From the NCBI GenBank assembly GCA_041665325.1, contig JBAYJB010000001.1:162817-226816 (forward strand): a stretch of DNA of 64,000 nucleotides, in the 5' to 3' direction. Under the pieces are notes generated by a model. The model was not told the origin of the DNA and made no database searches. It saw only the letters and a program-made list of their open reading frames with translations. The position numbers and the translations under genes are program-made. The DNA comes from Minisyncoccota bacterium (GTDB lineage Bacteria; Patescibacteriota; Minisyncoccia; Phycocordibacterales; PALSA-1337). Below, piece by piece: positions 18,386 to 28,551 of this stretch. How positions within the stretch are numbered: the stretch's first letter is position 1; every line of letters begins with the position of its first letter.

Positions 18386-19363
18386 TTATTTGAGCGTGAT
18401 GCCATGCTGGGCGAGTAATTTCTTGATCTCCTGCATACCCTTGGCGCCGAGGCCGTCGACATCCATGATGTCCGACTCCTTCTTCCTGGCCAAGCCGCCA
18501 AGAGTGCGAATATTGCCATTGGTCAGAGCCTTGACGGTGCGAGAAGACAGATCGAGCGCATCGATGCGGGTCTTCAAGAGTTCCGTGTCCACATCCTTGC
18601 CGAGCCGTTCACCGGAAGCGGGGACGCTCTCCTTCTCTGATCCTTCGTCAGAGGCGGCCTTGACCGGCTCCTCCTCAACGAATCCGACGATGGCTTTGAG
18701 CTGATGGATCATCAGAGCGATGGACTTCTCCATGGCTTCGCGCGGCGTGATAGTGCCGTCGGTCTCGATCGAGAGGCGCAGGCGGTTGAAATCGGTACGG
18801 TCGCCGACGCGCATATTCTCAACTTCGTAGTTAGTCCTCCTAATCGGGGTGAAGGTGGCATCGAGAGTGATCTGACCGATCTCTACCCTCTCCTTCTGGA
18901 GAGTCTCTTTTGGAACATACCCGAGACCCTTCTCAACTACCATCTCGATATCGAGCTCGGCCGCCTTATCGGAAATGGTGGCAATGTGAAGGTCAGGGTT
19001 GAGGATCTCGGCCTGGCCGGGAGCTTCGATATCCTTGGCCGTGATAGACTTGGCTCCTTTGATCTTGAGACGGAGAGTCTGTGGCTCATCGGTGGCGAGG
19101 CGGATGCGAAGCTTCTTCAGATTGAGCAAAATGGCGATGACATCTTCCTTGACGCCCTGAATAGCCGAAAACTCATGATCGGCACCGACGATCTTGACCC
19201 TGGTCACAGCCGCGCCCGGGAGAGACGACAGGATGATGCGGCGCAGGGAGTTGCCAAGGGTATGGCCGTAGCCCGGATAGAGACCGTCGATCTCATATAC
19301 GCCGGCCGTCGCGTCTTCGCTCACGATCTTCGGCTTGGAAGGAAGGATGATGTCGTAGGTCAT
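18386..19363 (-). CDS. rpoA: DNA-directed RNA polymerase alpha subunit (start at [10 protein letters not shown]; the ORF-track 5' extension to 19564 is not coding)
   Basis: N-terminal domain ([23 protein letters not shown]) and C-terminal alpha-CTD ([17 protein letters not shown]). ATG confirmed at 19361-19363 (cat on the + strand). Confidence 0.9.
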   Translation of the reverse strand: [325 protein letters not shown]

Positions 19364-19418
19364 ATGATTTTTATTAGATAAAATAAGAGAATAATTATAC
19401 ATTAAAACACGAAAAAGT

Positions 19419-20024
19419 CTAGCGCGTGTAGAACTCCAACACCGAACGGACATCGAACAAAAGGTCGTTCGTGTCGGCATCCGGGGCGCCAACCACCTTG
19501 ATCTCCCTCTTCTCGCCATCGACAGCGAGCCAGGCCGGTGATTTGGTGTTCTTGAGCTCCTCATCCAGCTTGGCGAACAGCGCCTTCTTCTTGCTGCCTT
19601 CGCGGATGCTGACCATATCGCCGAGCTGAACCTCGTAGGACGGGATGGTCACCTTCTGGTTATTGACCATAATGTGCCCGTGCGAGACCATCTGCCTCGC
19701 AGCCGAACGCGACAGGGCGAAACCGGCACGGACGACCACGTTGTCGAGGCGTCCTTCCAGGATATGGATCAGATTCTTGCCATTGTCGCCGGTCGTGCGC
19801 AGAGCTTGCTTGACATACTTGGTGAACTGACCGCTCGAAACGCCGTAGCTGTATCGAGCCTTCTGCTTCTCGAGCATCTGACGGCCGTATTCACTCTTCT
19901 GACCGCGACGCTTGGTGGTCTTGACCTTGCGCTGGGCGCGCATGGCGTACTTCTGGGTCTGCGTCTTACGGAAGACGGGGACTCCGAGATAACGCGCTTT
20001 TTTGTAACGTGGTCCGATTTGCAT
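19419..20024 (-). CDS. rpsD: 30S ribosomal protein S4
   Basis: MQIGPRYKKARYLGVPVF...S4 domain RLDNVVVRAGFALSRSAARQMVSHGHIMVNNQKV. 201 aa. Confidence 0.9.
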   Translation of the reverse strand: MQIGPRYKKARYLGVPVFRKTQTQKYAMRAQRKVKTTKRRGQKSEYGRQMLEKQKARYSYGVSSGQFTKYVKQALRTTGDNGKNLIHILEGRLDNVVVRAGFALSRSAARQMVSHGHIMVNNQKVTIPSYEVQLGDMVSIREGSKKKALFAKLDEELKNTKSPAWLAVDGEKREIKVVGAPDADTNDLLFDVRSVLEFYTR

Positions 20025-20033
20025 GATGGTATA

Positions 20034-20462
20034 TTATACGCGGCGAGGCTTCTTGGGCTTCGGTCCGTTGAACGGCACCGGCGTGACGTCTTTGATCGAG
20101 CTGATAGTAAAACCCTTACTCACGAATCCACGGATAGCTGATTCGCGGCCGGAACCGACCCCTTTGACGACGACATCGATCTCTTTGAGCCCGATATTGA
20201 CGGCTTTCAGGGCGAGAGTCTCGCCGACCTTGGCGGCAGCAAAAGGAGTGCCCTTCTTGGCACCCCGGAAACCTGACTGGCCGCTCGAACCCCACATGAG
20301 AGCGTTGCCCTTCTTGTCGGTCAAAAGCAGCTTGGTGTTATTGTAGGTCGACTGGACATAGAGGATGCCAGCTTCGACGCGCTTCTTGGAAGACGCCGAA
20401 ACAACCTTGGCATCGGCCTTAGCTTCCCCTCCTTGAGTTGTGACGATTCTTTTCTTTCCCAT
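20034..20462 (-). CDS. rpsK: 30S ribosomal protein S11
   Basis: GILYVQSTYNNTKLLLTD..GNALMWGSSG...RGAKKGTPFAA matches S11. Confidence 0.9.
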   Translation of the reverse strand: MGKKRIVTTQGGEAKADAKVVSASSKKRVEAGILYVQSTYNNTKLLLTDKKGNALMWGSSGQSGFRGAKKGTPFAAAKVGETLALKAVNIGLKEIDVVVKGVGSGRESAIRGFVSKGFTISSIKDVTPVPFNGPKPKKPRRV

Positions 20463-20470
20463 GTTATTGA

Positions 20471-20851
20471 TTATGTCTTCTCTTCCTTACGACGACCGGA
20501 TCCCATAGTCTTCCTGACATTACCGCGGACTGTGCGAGAATTGGTCTTGGTGCGTTGGCCGCGCGCCGGCAGGTGGCGAGCATGCCTCGAACCGCGGTAA
20601 GCCTTGATATCCTTGAGGCGCTTGACGTTCGCGGCTACCTCGCGCTTGAGGTCGCCCTCGATCTTGAAGCTCTCGATGAGCTTCCTGACAGCATTCTCCT
20701 GCTCAACAGTGAGATCCTTGGGTTTGACCATGCCGTCGACTTTCGTCTCCAAAAGGACCTTCTGCGCGCGGGAGCGGCCGACGCCATAAATGGCAGTGAG
20801 GGCAATATACATCCTCTTGTTCTCCGGCAATGTTATTCCTAAAATACGCAT
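20471..20851 (-). CDS. rpsM: 30S ribosomal protein S13
   Basis: MRILGITLPENKRMYIALTAIYGVGRSRAQ matches S13. Confidence 0.9.
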   Translation of the reverse strand: MRILGITLPENKRMYIALTAIYGVGRSRAQKVLLETKVDGMVKPKDLTVEQENAVRKLIESFKIEGDLKREVAANVKRLKDIKAYRGSRHARHLPARGQRTKTNSRTVRGNVRKTMGSGRRKEEKT

Positions 20852-20855
20852 ATGA

Positions 20856-20972
20856 TTATCCTTGGCGCTGCTTATGACGCGGGTTAGCCTTGCAAACTAC
20901 GAAAACATATCCCCGCCTGCGGACGACGGTGCACTTGGGACATATGCGCTTGACGGAGGCTTTGACCTTCAT
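20856..20972 (-). CDS. rpmJ: 50S ribosomal protein L36 (38 aa; absent from the ORF track)
   Basis: Minus-strand translation gives [38 protein letters not shown] (CxxC...C...H zinc ribbon). It sits between infA and rpsM, as in the canonical operon. Confidence 0.8.
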   Translation of the reverse strand: MKVKASVKRICPKCTVVRRRGYVFVVCKANPRHKQRQG

Positions 20973-20973
20973 A

Positions 20974-21198
20974 TTATAAACGTTTGGTGATACGCGCCCG
21001 TCCCCCGTATGGATCTTGTGTGAGTTCCACGCGGTCTCCGACTAATACACGGATCCGATTCATCCTCATCTTGCCTGCCAGATAGGCCAATAAGACCGTA
21101 TCGGTGCCGTCCAGAGCTACCCTGAACAACGTATCAGGCAAAGCCTCGGTGACAGTGCCAACGGCAAGGCTATTTTTTGGTTGAGGAGCTGTATCCAT
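20974..21198 (-). CDS. infA: Translation initiation factor IF-1
   Basis: 74 aa. [61 protein letters not shown] is highly typical of the IF-1 S1-like fold. Confidence 0.9.
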   Translation of the reverse strand: MDTAPQPKNSLAVGTVTEALPDTLFRVALDGTDTVLLAYLAGKMRMNRIRVLVGDRVELTQDPYGGRARITKRL

Positions 21199-21259
21199 GC
21201 GTATAAACGCGTCGTGTGATATTAGCAGATAAGGCCCTGCGGAGTCAATAGAGCGGCTA

Positions 21260-22624
21260 TTATTGATCGCTTACGACTATAGAAATGCGCGCCGGATCAG
21301 TCGGCACGAACCTGGCCCATGAAGGAAATAGCGCCCCGGAGCTCTTGACGACATCGATGACTGACCTGTATGAATCTAGGACAGCTCCCGTGTCAGCGAG
21401 TGAAAGGCCGGCCAACTTGCCCTTGAGCTCGTCGGTCGGTACCGTCCCGATCAAGCGGAGATCACCCTTCATCCTAGCAATCAGAGTGTTGGCCTTGGCT
21501 CCGGAGAAGCTGCTCGGCTTGGCGATCGAGAAGGACAACTCCTCTAGTCCGGCCGGTTCGTACGGCAAGCCTCTGAAGGTCGCCACCTTCTCCGGGCCGG
21601 CGAGCTTCCTCACCAGTTCTTCCTTCTTGAAGAGGATACTGTAGAGCGTGCCATTCACCGTGAGGGTAGCCGCGGTGGCGTCGGAGCCACCGATCACCGA
21701 AGGCGAGAAAGTGACATCATAACCCGAGTCGTACATGATATAGCCGGCCGGCACTGCGGCCTTGGCCTGGACGAGCAGACGAGCGACAAGGTCAGCTTGG
21801 AGCGCCGCTGTGGTCGATGCCTGGAGAGTTGGATTGATGATCTTCTTGACCCCGCTGAAACCGCCAGTCAGATCGGTGGCCAATCTACCATAGAGAGCGT
21901 CGTATCGCGCGGTCCCCTTGTACGCGACGATCTTCATATCGCCGATGGCCTCCCTCATAGACAAGTTGTAGTCCGCGCCCGCGGCATCGGCTTGGACCGT
22001 GACGACGAGTTTGCCTGGGACCGTCACCCCTTTCGACACGGTGTATCCAGGGACGACGATAGAACCGGGCAGACGATAGATCAGTCCAGAATCTCCGGAT
22101 AGACGAGTGCCGGCGATCAGCCGTTGTGCCGTGGCCGAATAAAAATTGTACAAGGTGACCTTGCCGGATGATTTGGTGGAAACGAGCGGCCCATTCGTGG
22201 CCGGAACTGTGGCCTTGGCTTCTCCGACGAACTTGGCGATCTCATACTTCAGGTAATTGGGCGTGGAAGTCGATGTCGCCAAGACGGGAGTATCGATCTT
22301 CACGGGCACCGCGATCGGCACGACAGTGAATGTGGCGCGCGAGAAATAAACCGACGAAACATAGCCGACGCCGACAAGAAGCATCAGGACGGCGAGCGCG
22401 ATCAGGGCGAACCGGCCTTTCCTTCCCCATACCCTCTTGTTCTTGAGTACCGGCGGTGGCGGCGTGACACGATGGATGCGATGGATCGGCACTTCATGGC
22501 CTGTCTCCATCTTGCCCGTCGTAGAATTCTTGCGCTCAAACTCCATAGGGGCCACCTTGGCAAGAGAAATATCCCTGATGGAACGCCGGTCATTCACTTT
22601 GATATCTTCTATTCTCCGCGGCAT
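21260..22624 (-). CDS. Hypothetical bitopic membrane protein (about 65-aa cytoplasmic N-terminus, 1 TM, about 360-aa extracytoplasmic domain)
   Basis: TM FALIALAVLMLLVGVGYVSSVYF, and a large Ala/Thr/Gly-rich ectodomain. It lies directly downstream of the actin-fold-like gene on the same strand. Confidence 0.5.
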   Translation of the reverse strand: MPRRIEDIKVNDRRSIRDISLAKVAPMEFERKNSTTGKMETGHEVPIHRIHRVTPPPPVLKNKRVWGRKGRFALIALAVLMLLVGVGYVSSVYFSRATFTVVPIAVPVKIDTPVLATSTSTPNYLKYEIAKFVGEAKATVPATNGPLVSTKSSGKVTLYNFYSATAQRLIAGTRLSGDSGLIYRLPGSIVVPGYTVSKGVTVPGKLVVTVQADAAGADYNLSMREAIGDMKIVAYKGTARYDALYGRLATDLTGGFSGVKKIINPTLQASTTAALQADLVARLLVQAKAAVPAGYIMYDSGYDVTFSPSVIGGSDATAATLTVNGTLYSILFKKEELVRKLAGPEKVATFRGLPYEPAGLEELSFSIAKPSSFSGAKANTLIARMKGDLRLIGTVPTDELKGKLAGLSLADTGAVLDSYRSVIDVVKSSGALFPSWARFVPTDPARISIVVSDQ

Positions 22625-22650
22625 ATTTATTACATGATATCACAAAAGCC

Positions 22651-23823
22651 TCAAATAGGACGGCTGGATAAGTTGAAGATAGCCAGCGCGTACATACCGA
22701 CGATGCGCAAATGATCCGCCGAATCCTCGAACACCACATGCGGAGCGACCTCGTCGACCGTGAGGAGCTCGATCCTGGAACCAGGATGGCTAGCGCGGAA
22801 GGTGTCGACAAAGAATTTCTCGTGGGAGTGGGCGGCGATGATAGTACTTGGCGGCAATGGTTGGGAGATCCTGCTGTCCTTGAAGAGTTTGGTCATCTCA
22901 TCGCCCCAATTCTTGCCCAGCTCATTCATGACAGGTGTGATGGAACGAGCGTGATCCTCATCCAGATTATCTGCTTCGTAGAGCGAGATCAGAGAATCAG
23001 CCGCTTGGAGATCGGTCTTGGTCACCCTGGAAAGCCTTCGAACAAGGCCGTTAGCGCCCGTGGGGTATGAACAGAAGAAGACACACGAACCTCGATCGAC
23101 CACCACGACATCGGTGATCTCCCCGTGGATGTGGACGAGCGTATAGGCCTCGCGCGTCGGCATGATCGTGCGTAGACTGACATATTGGAGGAGGAGCGAA
23201 GAATGGAACAAGACTCGGCCGGAACGCACCGCTTGTTTCAGGGCATCCTTGAAGCGCTTCGTGGAGTCGAACCCTCCGACGGTCGCGGCATATGATATCT
23301 CGAGCTCGCGGGCGGCCTTGCCGACCCACGACGATAGTGAATAGCCGTTCAATCTGACCGCGAAGATCTTCTCTTCGATGACTTCGAGCGAGGTGCCGTC
23401 CTTGGGCATGAGCGAGCCCCTCTCCTTGGCCAAGATCGCCTCCATCTTGTCCTCGGTGATAGCCGTATCCTTATCGAATGACAGGGACAGCGTCCTAGCT
23501 TGCGAGACTACCCAAGGAGAAGACAGAACATAGTGTGCCTCGGCGATCTCCTGAGGCATCTCCAGATACGCCTCTTCCGAGCGGAAGTCATGGAGCCGGC
23601 GAAGGTTGGCATCCAGCGTCTCGGTCAAGGCCTTCATGGTCACTTTGATGAAATAGACGGTACCGACCTGCGGTTTGTACGGAACGATCCGGCTATCAGA
23701 GAAGAGGATGCTCGGCGGCAGACCGGGGCGGAACCAGAATAGAGAGCCCCGCACGACGGAGCTCTGGACTTCGAGGAGCAGGACGACTTTTCCCGTGGTT
23801 TTTCGGGAGAAAAACATGGTCAA
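22651..23823 (-). CDS. Hypothetical protein with degenerate actin-like ATPase (PilM/FtsA-type) motifs
   Basis: N-terminal VVLLLEVQSSVVRGSLF resembles the phosphate-1 motif (DxGxxxx[KR]). VVVVDRGSCVFFCSY resembles the phosphate-2 motif (DxGxxT) of PilM/FtsA. The assignment is tentative. Confidence 0.3.
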   Translation of the reverse strand: MTMFFSRKTTGKVVLLLEVQSSVVRGSLFWFRPGLPPSILFSDSRIVPYKPQVGTVYFIKVTMKALTETLDANLRRLHDFRSEEAYLEMPQEIAEAHYVLSSPWVVSQARTLSLSFDKDTAITEDKMEAILAKERGSLMPKDGTSLEVIEEKIFAVRLNGYSLSSWVGKAARELEISYAATVGGFDSTKRFKDALKQAVRSGRVLFHSSLLLQYVSLRTIMPTREAYTLVHIHGEITDVVVVDRGSCVFFCSYPTGANGLVRRLSRVTKTDLQAADSLISLYEADNLDEDHARSITPVMNELGKNWGDEMTKLFKDSRISQPLPPSTIIAAHSHEKFFVDTFRASHPGSRIELLTVDEVAPHVVFEDSADHLRIVGMYALAIFNLSSRPI

Positions 23824-23836
23824 ATTATAACACAGA

Positions 23837-25621
23837 TCAACCGAGCACGGCTTTGATGCGGCGGATACCCTGGGCTACCGCCTCTTCCTTGGCGATCTTG
23901 AAGCGCCACTTCCCCTCCGGACCGGCCAATTCCTTGGTGCTCATGACATGCGGGCCGCCGCAGAATTCCTTGGAGTAAGCGGAGTTGAGGTCGTTGCCGA
24001 TGAAGTAGACCGAGATCATGTCGCCGTATTTCTCATCGAACGAGTGCCGGGCGTTGGTCTTCTCGGCCTCGGAGCGCGGCAATTCTATCTTGTTGACCGG
24101 CAAACCGGCCTGGATCTTCTCATTCACGATATCCTCCACGCGCTTCTTCTCCTCGGCAGTCAGCTTGGCGCCGTGGGCGAAGTCGAAGCGTAGACGTTCG
24201 ACGGTGATATTCGAGCCTTTCTGGGACACTTCTCCGCCCAGCACGTCATGAAGAGCTTGATGAAGGAGGTGTGTGGCTGTGTGATAGCGGATGATCATCT
24301 CGTCGCTCGCGTCCGCCAGGCCGCCTTTGAACTTCTGTGCGGCGCCAGCGCGGGAGAGCTGTTGGTGCACCTTAAACTTCTCCTCAAAATCCTTGATGTC
24401 AACCTTGATCCCCTTCTCTCTGGCTAGTTCAATGGTGAGTTCTAATGGAAAACCATAGCTTGAGAAAAGAGTGAAGGCGTCAACGCCCTTTTCGAATTCT
24501 TTCAGGCCCTGGATGAGAGCTTCGGCGAATTTACCAGCTTCTTCTACTAATGTTTTCTTTATAAGGTCTGATTTTGGGGCAAGTTCCGGATATGAATCAT
24601 TGTAGATGACACCCACAGCATCGGCGAATCTGGATATCTTGTCCGTATCGAGCTTCTTATCGGAGGTCTTCATGATAGCGCGGCGGATCAGGCGCCGGAG
24701 GATGTAGCCGCGGTCCGTGTTCGAGGGCGTGACTCCGTCAGCGATCAGGAACACAGCCGCACGCAGATGGTCGGCTATCACTCTTTGGTTACCGACGAGA
24801 TTTGACCAATTTTTCGTCAAATCCATGACTAGAGCAAAAAGGTCAGTATCGAAAATATTGTTCACACCCTGAAGCACTGCACTCAAGCGTTCTAGTCCCG
24901 CGCCAGTATCGACGTTGTTCTGCTTCAGCTTGCCGATGATCTTGCCTTCTTTCTTCTCATACTGCATGAAAACATTGTTCCAGACTTCGACAACCTTCTG
25001 TTCTTCATCGGCCTTGAGATATTCCTCTTTTGTCATATCACCTAGTCCATTCTCCGTGAGATCATAGAACATCTCCGTATCTGGACCACAAGGACCATCA
25101 TCACCCGCTTCCCACCAGTTTGGTTCCTTCTTGCCGTTCCATGTCAAAAAGTAGATTCTATTCTCTGGAATATATTTTTTCCATATATCAAAAGCTTCAG
25201 TATCTTTGGGCGCGTCGCCATTACCTCCAAAGACCGACACATACAACCGCTTCGGATCCAATCCCAACCCCTCTTTCTTATCGGTTAGGAATTCATAGCT
25301 CCACTTGATAGCATCTTCCTTGAAATAGTCGCCAAGCGACCAATTGCCGAGCATCTCAAAGAAAGTCCCATGAGTCGAGTCACCCACATCATCTATATCA
25401 ATAGTTCGCAGGCACTTCTGAGCACTTACCAATCTATTGCCCAGGGGATGCTTTTCACCAAGCAAATATGGGATGAGTGGCTGCATGCCCGCTGTATTGA
25501 AGAGTGTCGAGTTGGTCACACCTTTTTCGTCAGGGGTGACCAGCGAAGCCGATGGGATGATCGCATGGCCGCGTTTCGCAAAGAAGGACAGGAATCGGCG
25601 GCGGATTTCAGAGGAGGTCAT
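23837..25621 (-). CDS. alaS: Alanyl-tRNA synthetase, short form lacking the C-terminal C-Ala (DHHA1-like) domain
   Basis: Class II AlaRS catalytic core (FFEMLGNWSLGDYFK, GPCGPDTEMFYD). Editing-domain metal ligands HTATHLLH...CGGPH are present. The protein ends about 270 aa short of canonical AlaRS. Confidence 0.85.
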   Translation of the reverse strand: MTSSEIRRRFLSFFAKRGHAIIPSASLVTPDEKGVTNSTLFNTAGMQPLIPYLLGEKHPLGNRLVSAQKCLRTIDIDDVGDSTHGTFFEMLGNWSLGDYFKEDAIKWSYEFLTDKKEGLGLDPKRLYVSVFGGNGDAPKDTEAFDIWKKYIPENRIYFLTWNGKKEPNWWEAGDDGPCGPDTEMFYDLTENGLGDMTKEEYLKADEEQKVVEVWNNVFMQYEKKEGKIIGKLKQNNVDTGAGLERLSAVLQGVNNIFDTDLFALVMDLTKNWSNLVGNQRVIADHLRAAVFLIADGVTPSNTDRGYILRRLIRRAIMKTSDKKLDTDKISRFADAVGVIYNDSYPELAPKSDLIKKTLVEEAGKFAEALIQGLKEFEKGVDAFTLFSSYGFPLELTIELAREKGIKVDIKDFEEKFKVHQQLSRAGAAQKFKGGLADASDEMIIRYHTATHLLHQALHDVLGGEVSQKGSNITVERLRFDFAHGAKLTAEEKKRVEDIVNEKIQAGLPVNKIELPRSEAEKTNARHSFDEKYGDMISVYFIGNDLNSAYSKEFCGGPHVMSTKELAGPEGKWRFKIAKEEAVAQGIRRIKAVLG

Positions 25622-25649
25622 GATTGGGAAAGTTTAGCACAAGATCAGG

Positions 25650-27464
25650 TCATTTTTTAGCTGTCTTCAGCCACCTCCGATACTTCGCATCCATATCCTC
25701 GAAACTTTTGCTGTTATCAGCGATCTTCAGCTTACCGTGGACCATAGTGATGCGCCCGTTTAGATCAACGGGTTTTGAATGGATCGGCACTTTCTTAAGC
25801 CGTTCGATCCTTGCCTTAGCTTCAGTCAGAATGTCCTTGGTCGATCTTGTGACATTCCTGATGAATGCTTCCGGACTCAAAACCTTCCCCGTCGCCATTT
25901 TGATATTCCTCCCTGTCGGATAGAGCGAGCCATATGACCAGGCCTTGGCTATTTCCTTGCCAACCCTAGAATTGTCCACTATATACCCATATTTTTTGAA
26001 GAAATATTCACGCCACTGATGGACGCCGAGCTCAGCCAGACCGTACCCATGATAGTAAGCAGAAGTCTCCCATGAATAGATATGTGGAATGTTGAGCAAT
26101 CTGATCGAGTCCTCTGAATAATCAAAATATTTCTTATAGACTCTCTTGGCTATCTCCAACACCTTCTTGGCAGTGAGCGCTTTGCACTCATATATCTCCT
26201 TCTCGTACATGACGACGGCGATTATGTTCATCAAGCCAAGTGGACGCAGGGTCTCGAGCGCACGAACCTTACGTTCGAAGAGCTCGAAGGGATATACCCT
26301 GTCCTCAGAGTCCTTGGCGTAGCGCATGCACCATTCGATGCTCGAGGAGATCGTATCCATGAACATGCTCTGCGTCTCGGCCCAGGAGACACTACCTGGC
26401 GGATATTCAGTATTGATACAGACTTCTCTTTGCTTCGAATTCAATCTATCCGCCGCATGGCCGCCTTCGTGGAAAACCGTATGGATACCCTGTACGCCGG
26501 AGCCCATCTGGTCAGCGATGGCATTCGAGGAAAAATTCGCTGCAGCTGGCACCCTTTTGCCACTTTTGAAATGAACAAGATCAGGATAATGGCAAAAGCC
26601 GTTGTTGTATTTACCTTTCCTGTCGAGGAGGTCTAGCGTCACCTTACCTCCGGCAAATCCCACGCCAAGCGCAGCAAATGACCGTCCCCAATATGAGAGC
26701 ACATTTTCGAATCGGAAATACGGATCCTCCTCTTTGGTGAAGCTGCCTGCCATCATGTAAGCAAAGTTCCAAGGCTTGCGTAGGCTGTGCTTGGACTTCT
26801 CAATCTTGCGGATATCCGCAAAAGCGTATTTTGTCCTCTTGTATATCTTATCAAATACCGAGAAGAGCTCCCTCTTGGTCATACCCTCGTCGATGTAGGC
26901 TTTGTAAGCGTAGAAGTCCTCGTATCCGGCCTCGCGAGCAAACTGGTTACGTAATTTGACCGTCTCAACATAGTCTTCGAGCGTGGCGACGGGCAACTTC
27001 TCCATGGCCTCGAAACAGGCCTTGCGGATCTTCTCGTCTGGGTGTGTGCGCAGAAGAGTGCGCATCTTATTTACCGATGCCTCCATGAACTTCTTGGTCT
27101 TCGGATCGATGTAGCCCTCCGGACGCGAGGTACGCTGCTTCATCATCTTGGCTTCCAGATCATTGATCTTCTCCTTGATAGGCAAAGTGCTCGTCGGCGC
27201 CTGGTACAAGCTGAAGAAATGGTCCCAAATCTTGAGGCGCTCTCTGATTGCACCCCTCGTTGCTCCGATCTCTTTTACAACTTTATCTTTGAGCTTTGGG
27301 TCAGAACGGAAAGCGTCTCGAGCGGCTTGCGCCTTGTTCATCTTGGCATCGACGCTGTGATCGCCCATGTACGAGAGCCAGAAAGCATCCTCGTAGGCTT
27401 TGTGAAGCTTGAGATAAGTCTTGTTCAGGTATACAAGTAGATCCACAGCTGATCTGTTATTCAT
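25650..27464 (-). CDS. M3 family oligoendopeptidase (PepF-like; start assumed at internal MNNRS; the ORF-track start is 27542)
   Basis: HEGGHA zinc-binding HExxH followed by a downstream Glu, and overall M3B architecture. About 600 aa. Confidence 0.75.
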   Translation of the reverse strand: MNNRSAVDLLVYLNKTYLKLHKAYEDAFWLSYMGDHSVDAKMNKAQAARDAFRSDPKLKDKVVKEIGATRGAIRERLKIWDHFFSLYQAPTSTLPIKEKINDLEAKMMKQRTSRPEGYIDPKTKKFMEASVNKMRTLLRTHPDEKIRKACFEAMEKLPVATLEDYVETVKLRNQFAREAGYEDFYAYKAYIDEGMTKRELFSVFDKIYKRTKYAFADIRKIEKSKHSLRKPWNFAYMMAGSFTKEEDPYFRFENVLSYWGRSFAALGVGFAGGKVTLDLLDRKGKYNNGFCHYPDLVHFKSGKRVPAAANFSSNAIADQMGSGVQGIHTVFHEGGHAADRLNSKQREVCINTEYPPGSVSWAETQSMFMDTISSSIEWCMRYAKDSEDRVYPFELFERKVRALETLRPLGLMNIIAVVMYEKEIYECKALTAKKVLEIAKRVYKKYFDYSEDSIRLLNIPHIYSWETSAYYHGYGLAELGVHQWREYFFKKYGYIVDNSRVGKEIAKAWSYGSLYPTGRNIKMATGKVLSPEAFIRNVTRSTKDILTEAKARIERLKKVPIHSKPVDLNGRITMVHGKLKIADNSKSFEDMDAKYRRWLKTAKK

Positions 27465-27557
27465 ATAGCCATGGTACATGCAAAGACAGATTTTGACAAA
27501 ATAAAAATCCGCCCCCATCATCGATGGAAAAGCGGACTGCATGCAGATGAAAAACTC

Positions 27558-27821
27558 TCATAGGTGACCAAATATCCCAATGAGAGATATACTCATCATC
27601 AAACATCCCAACATGAGACATGTCAGCGCGTGGTAAAGCTCGCGCTGCTTGATAAATGGATAAATGACATAAGCCGCGCCGCCAATGCCCACAACGATCC
27701 ACGCGGCTGTTGAATCATAGGGATTCCCAGGGTGACGATAATTGTGCCAAGAAACGACAACCAGGACTATGCTGCCAAGCAATTGCAAAACTGCGGACCA
27801 TGCGCAAAGTTTATTTTTCAT
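27558..27821 (-). CDS. Small hypothetical membrane protein
   Basis: 87 aa with 3 TM helices. Confidence 0.35.
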   Translation of the reverse strand: MKNKLCAWSAVLQLLGSIVLVVVSWHNYRHPGNPYDSTAAWIVVGIGGAAYVIYPFIKQRELYHALTCLMLGCLMMSISLIGIFGHL

Positions 27822-27946
27822 AAGCTGAAGTTCAGTTTGAAGACGCGGCGGAATGCCGTGTCTTTTTTCCTAAACTCCAACCTTACAGACAAGCTTGACT
27901 GGTAATACCATACTGCACATTATGAGATGTTGTCAATGCAAGGTAA

Positions 27947-28540
27947 TCAAATATATTTCTTCAAAATCTCAAAGTCTGCCTTGAGCGTGCCACGCATGCC
28001 GCCATTGTAGAGCGCCGCGGCCGGGTGATAGAGAGTGACGATCGCGATGGGCCCGTAAGATGCCTTGGCCTGGAATTCCCGTCCATGGAGTTTACTGATT
28101 GGCGCCAATTCTTGGCCGAGACCAAAATGATTCATGACATAGCCCATCGAGTGACGCCCAAGCGTAGCAATGACTTTCGGCTGGATGATGTCGATCTGTC
28201 TATTCAGGAATGGCGCGTACATCTCAATTTCCTCCGGCGTCGGGTCGCGGTTCTCCGGCGGGCGATCTTTAACGATGTTGGCGATGTAGACATCCTCCCT
28301 CTTCAAACCGATTGATCCCACTAGCTCGGTCAAGAATTTACCGGCCGCTCCGCAAAAGGGTTTTCCGGTCAGAGCTTCATTCTTGCCTGGGGCTTCCCCG
28401 ACGAACATGATGTAGGTGTCTAAATCCCCTTCCCCCACAACAGGAAGATAATGATTGCTCGTGCGATATCCAAATAGCGGCGACTTCTTGAAGGCGAGAA
28501 GCTCGTCGCTGATCTGCTTCATCTGGTCGGATTTACTCAA
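27947..28540 (-). CDS. Uracil-DNA glycosylase, family 4
   Basis: GEAPG motif (FVGEAPGKNEALTGKPFCGAAGKFL) and the C-terminal HPAA/HPS motif region (LYHPAAALYNG). 197 aa. Confidence 0.8.
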   Translation of the reverse strand: MSKSDQMKQISDELLAFKKSPLFGYRTSNHYLPVVGEGDLDTYIMFVGEAPGKNEALTGKPFCGAAGKFLTELVGSIGLKREDVYIANIVKDRPPENRDPTPEEIEMYAPFLNRQIDIIQPKVIATLGRHSMGYVMNHFGLGQELAPISKLHGREFQAKASYGPIAIVTLYHPAAALYNGGMRGTLKADFEILKKYI

Positions 28541-28551
28541 GGGCGTGATGC

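Noticed and set aside
18386-19564. The ORF track extends rpoA by 67 aa at the N-terminus (MRSSRTPNHRPG...)
   Set aside because: The extension is Arg/Ser-rich nonsense typical of a GC-rich out-of-context read-through. The canonical alpha-subunit N-terminus [12 protein letters not shown] begins at the internal ATG 19363.
27460-27485. One-base inconsistency between my hand reading of the sequence near 27480 and the ORF-track frame of the M3 peptidase
   Set aside because: The ORF track is computed from the sequence and is taken as authoritative. Coordinates derived by hand counting in this answer may be off by 1-2 nt.
27840-27868. Hairpin GACGCGG-cggaatg-CCGTGTC followed by T6 on the + strand
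   Set aside because: It looks like a terminator, but there is no + strand gene upstream of it. On the minus strand the T-run is on the wrong side. Possibly an orphan structure, so it is not reported as a feature.
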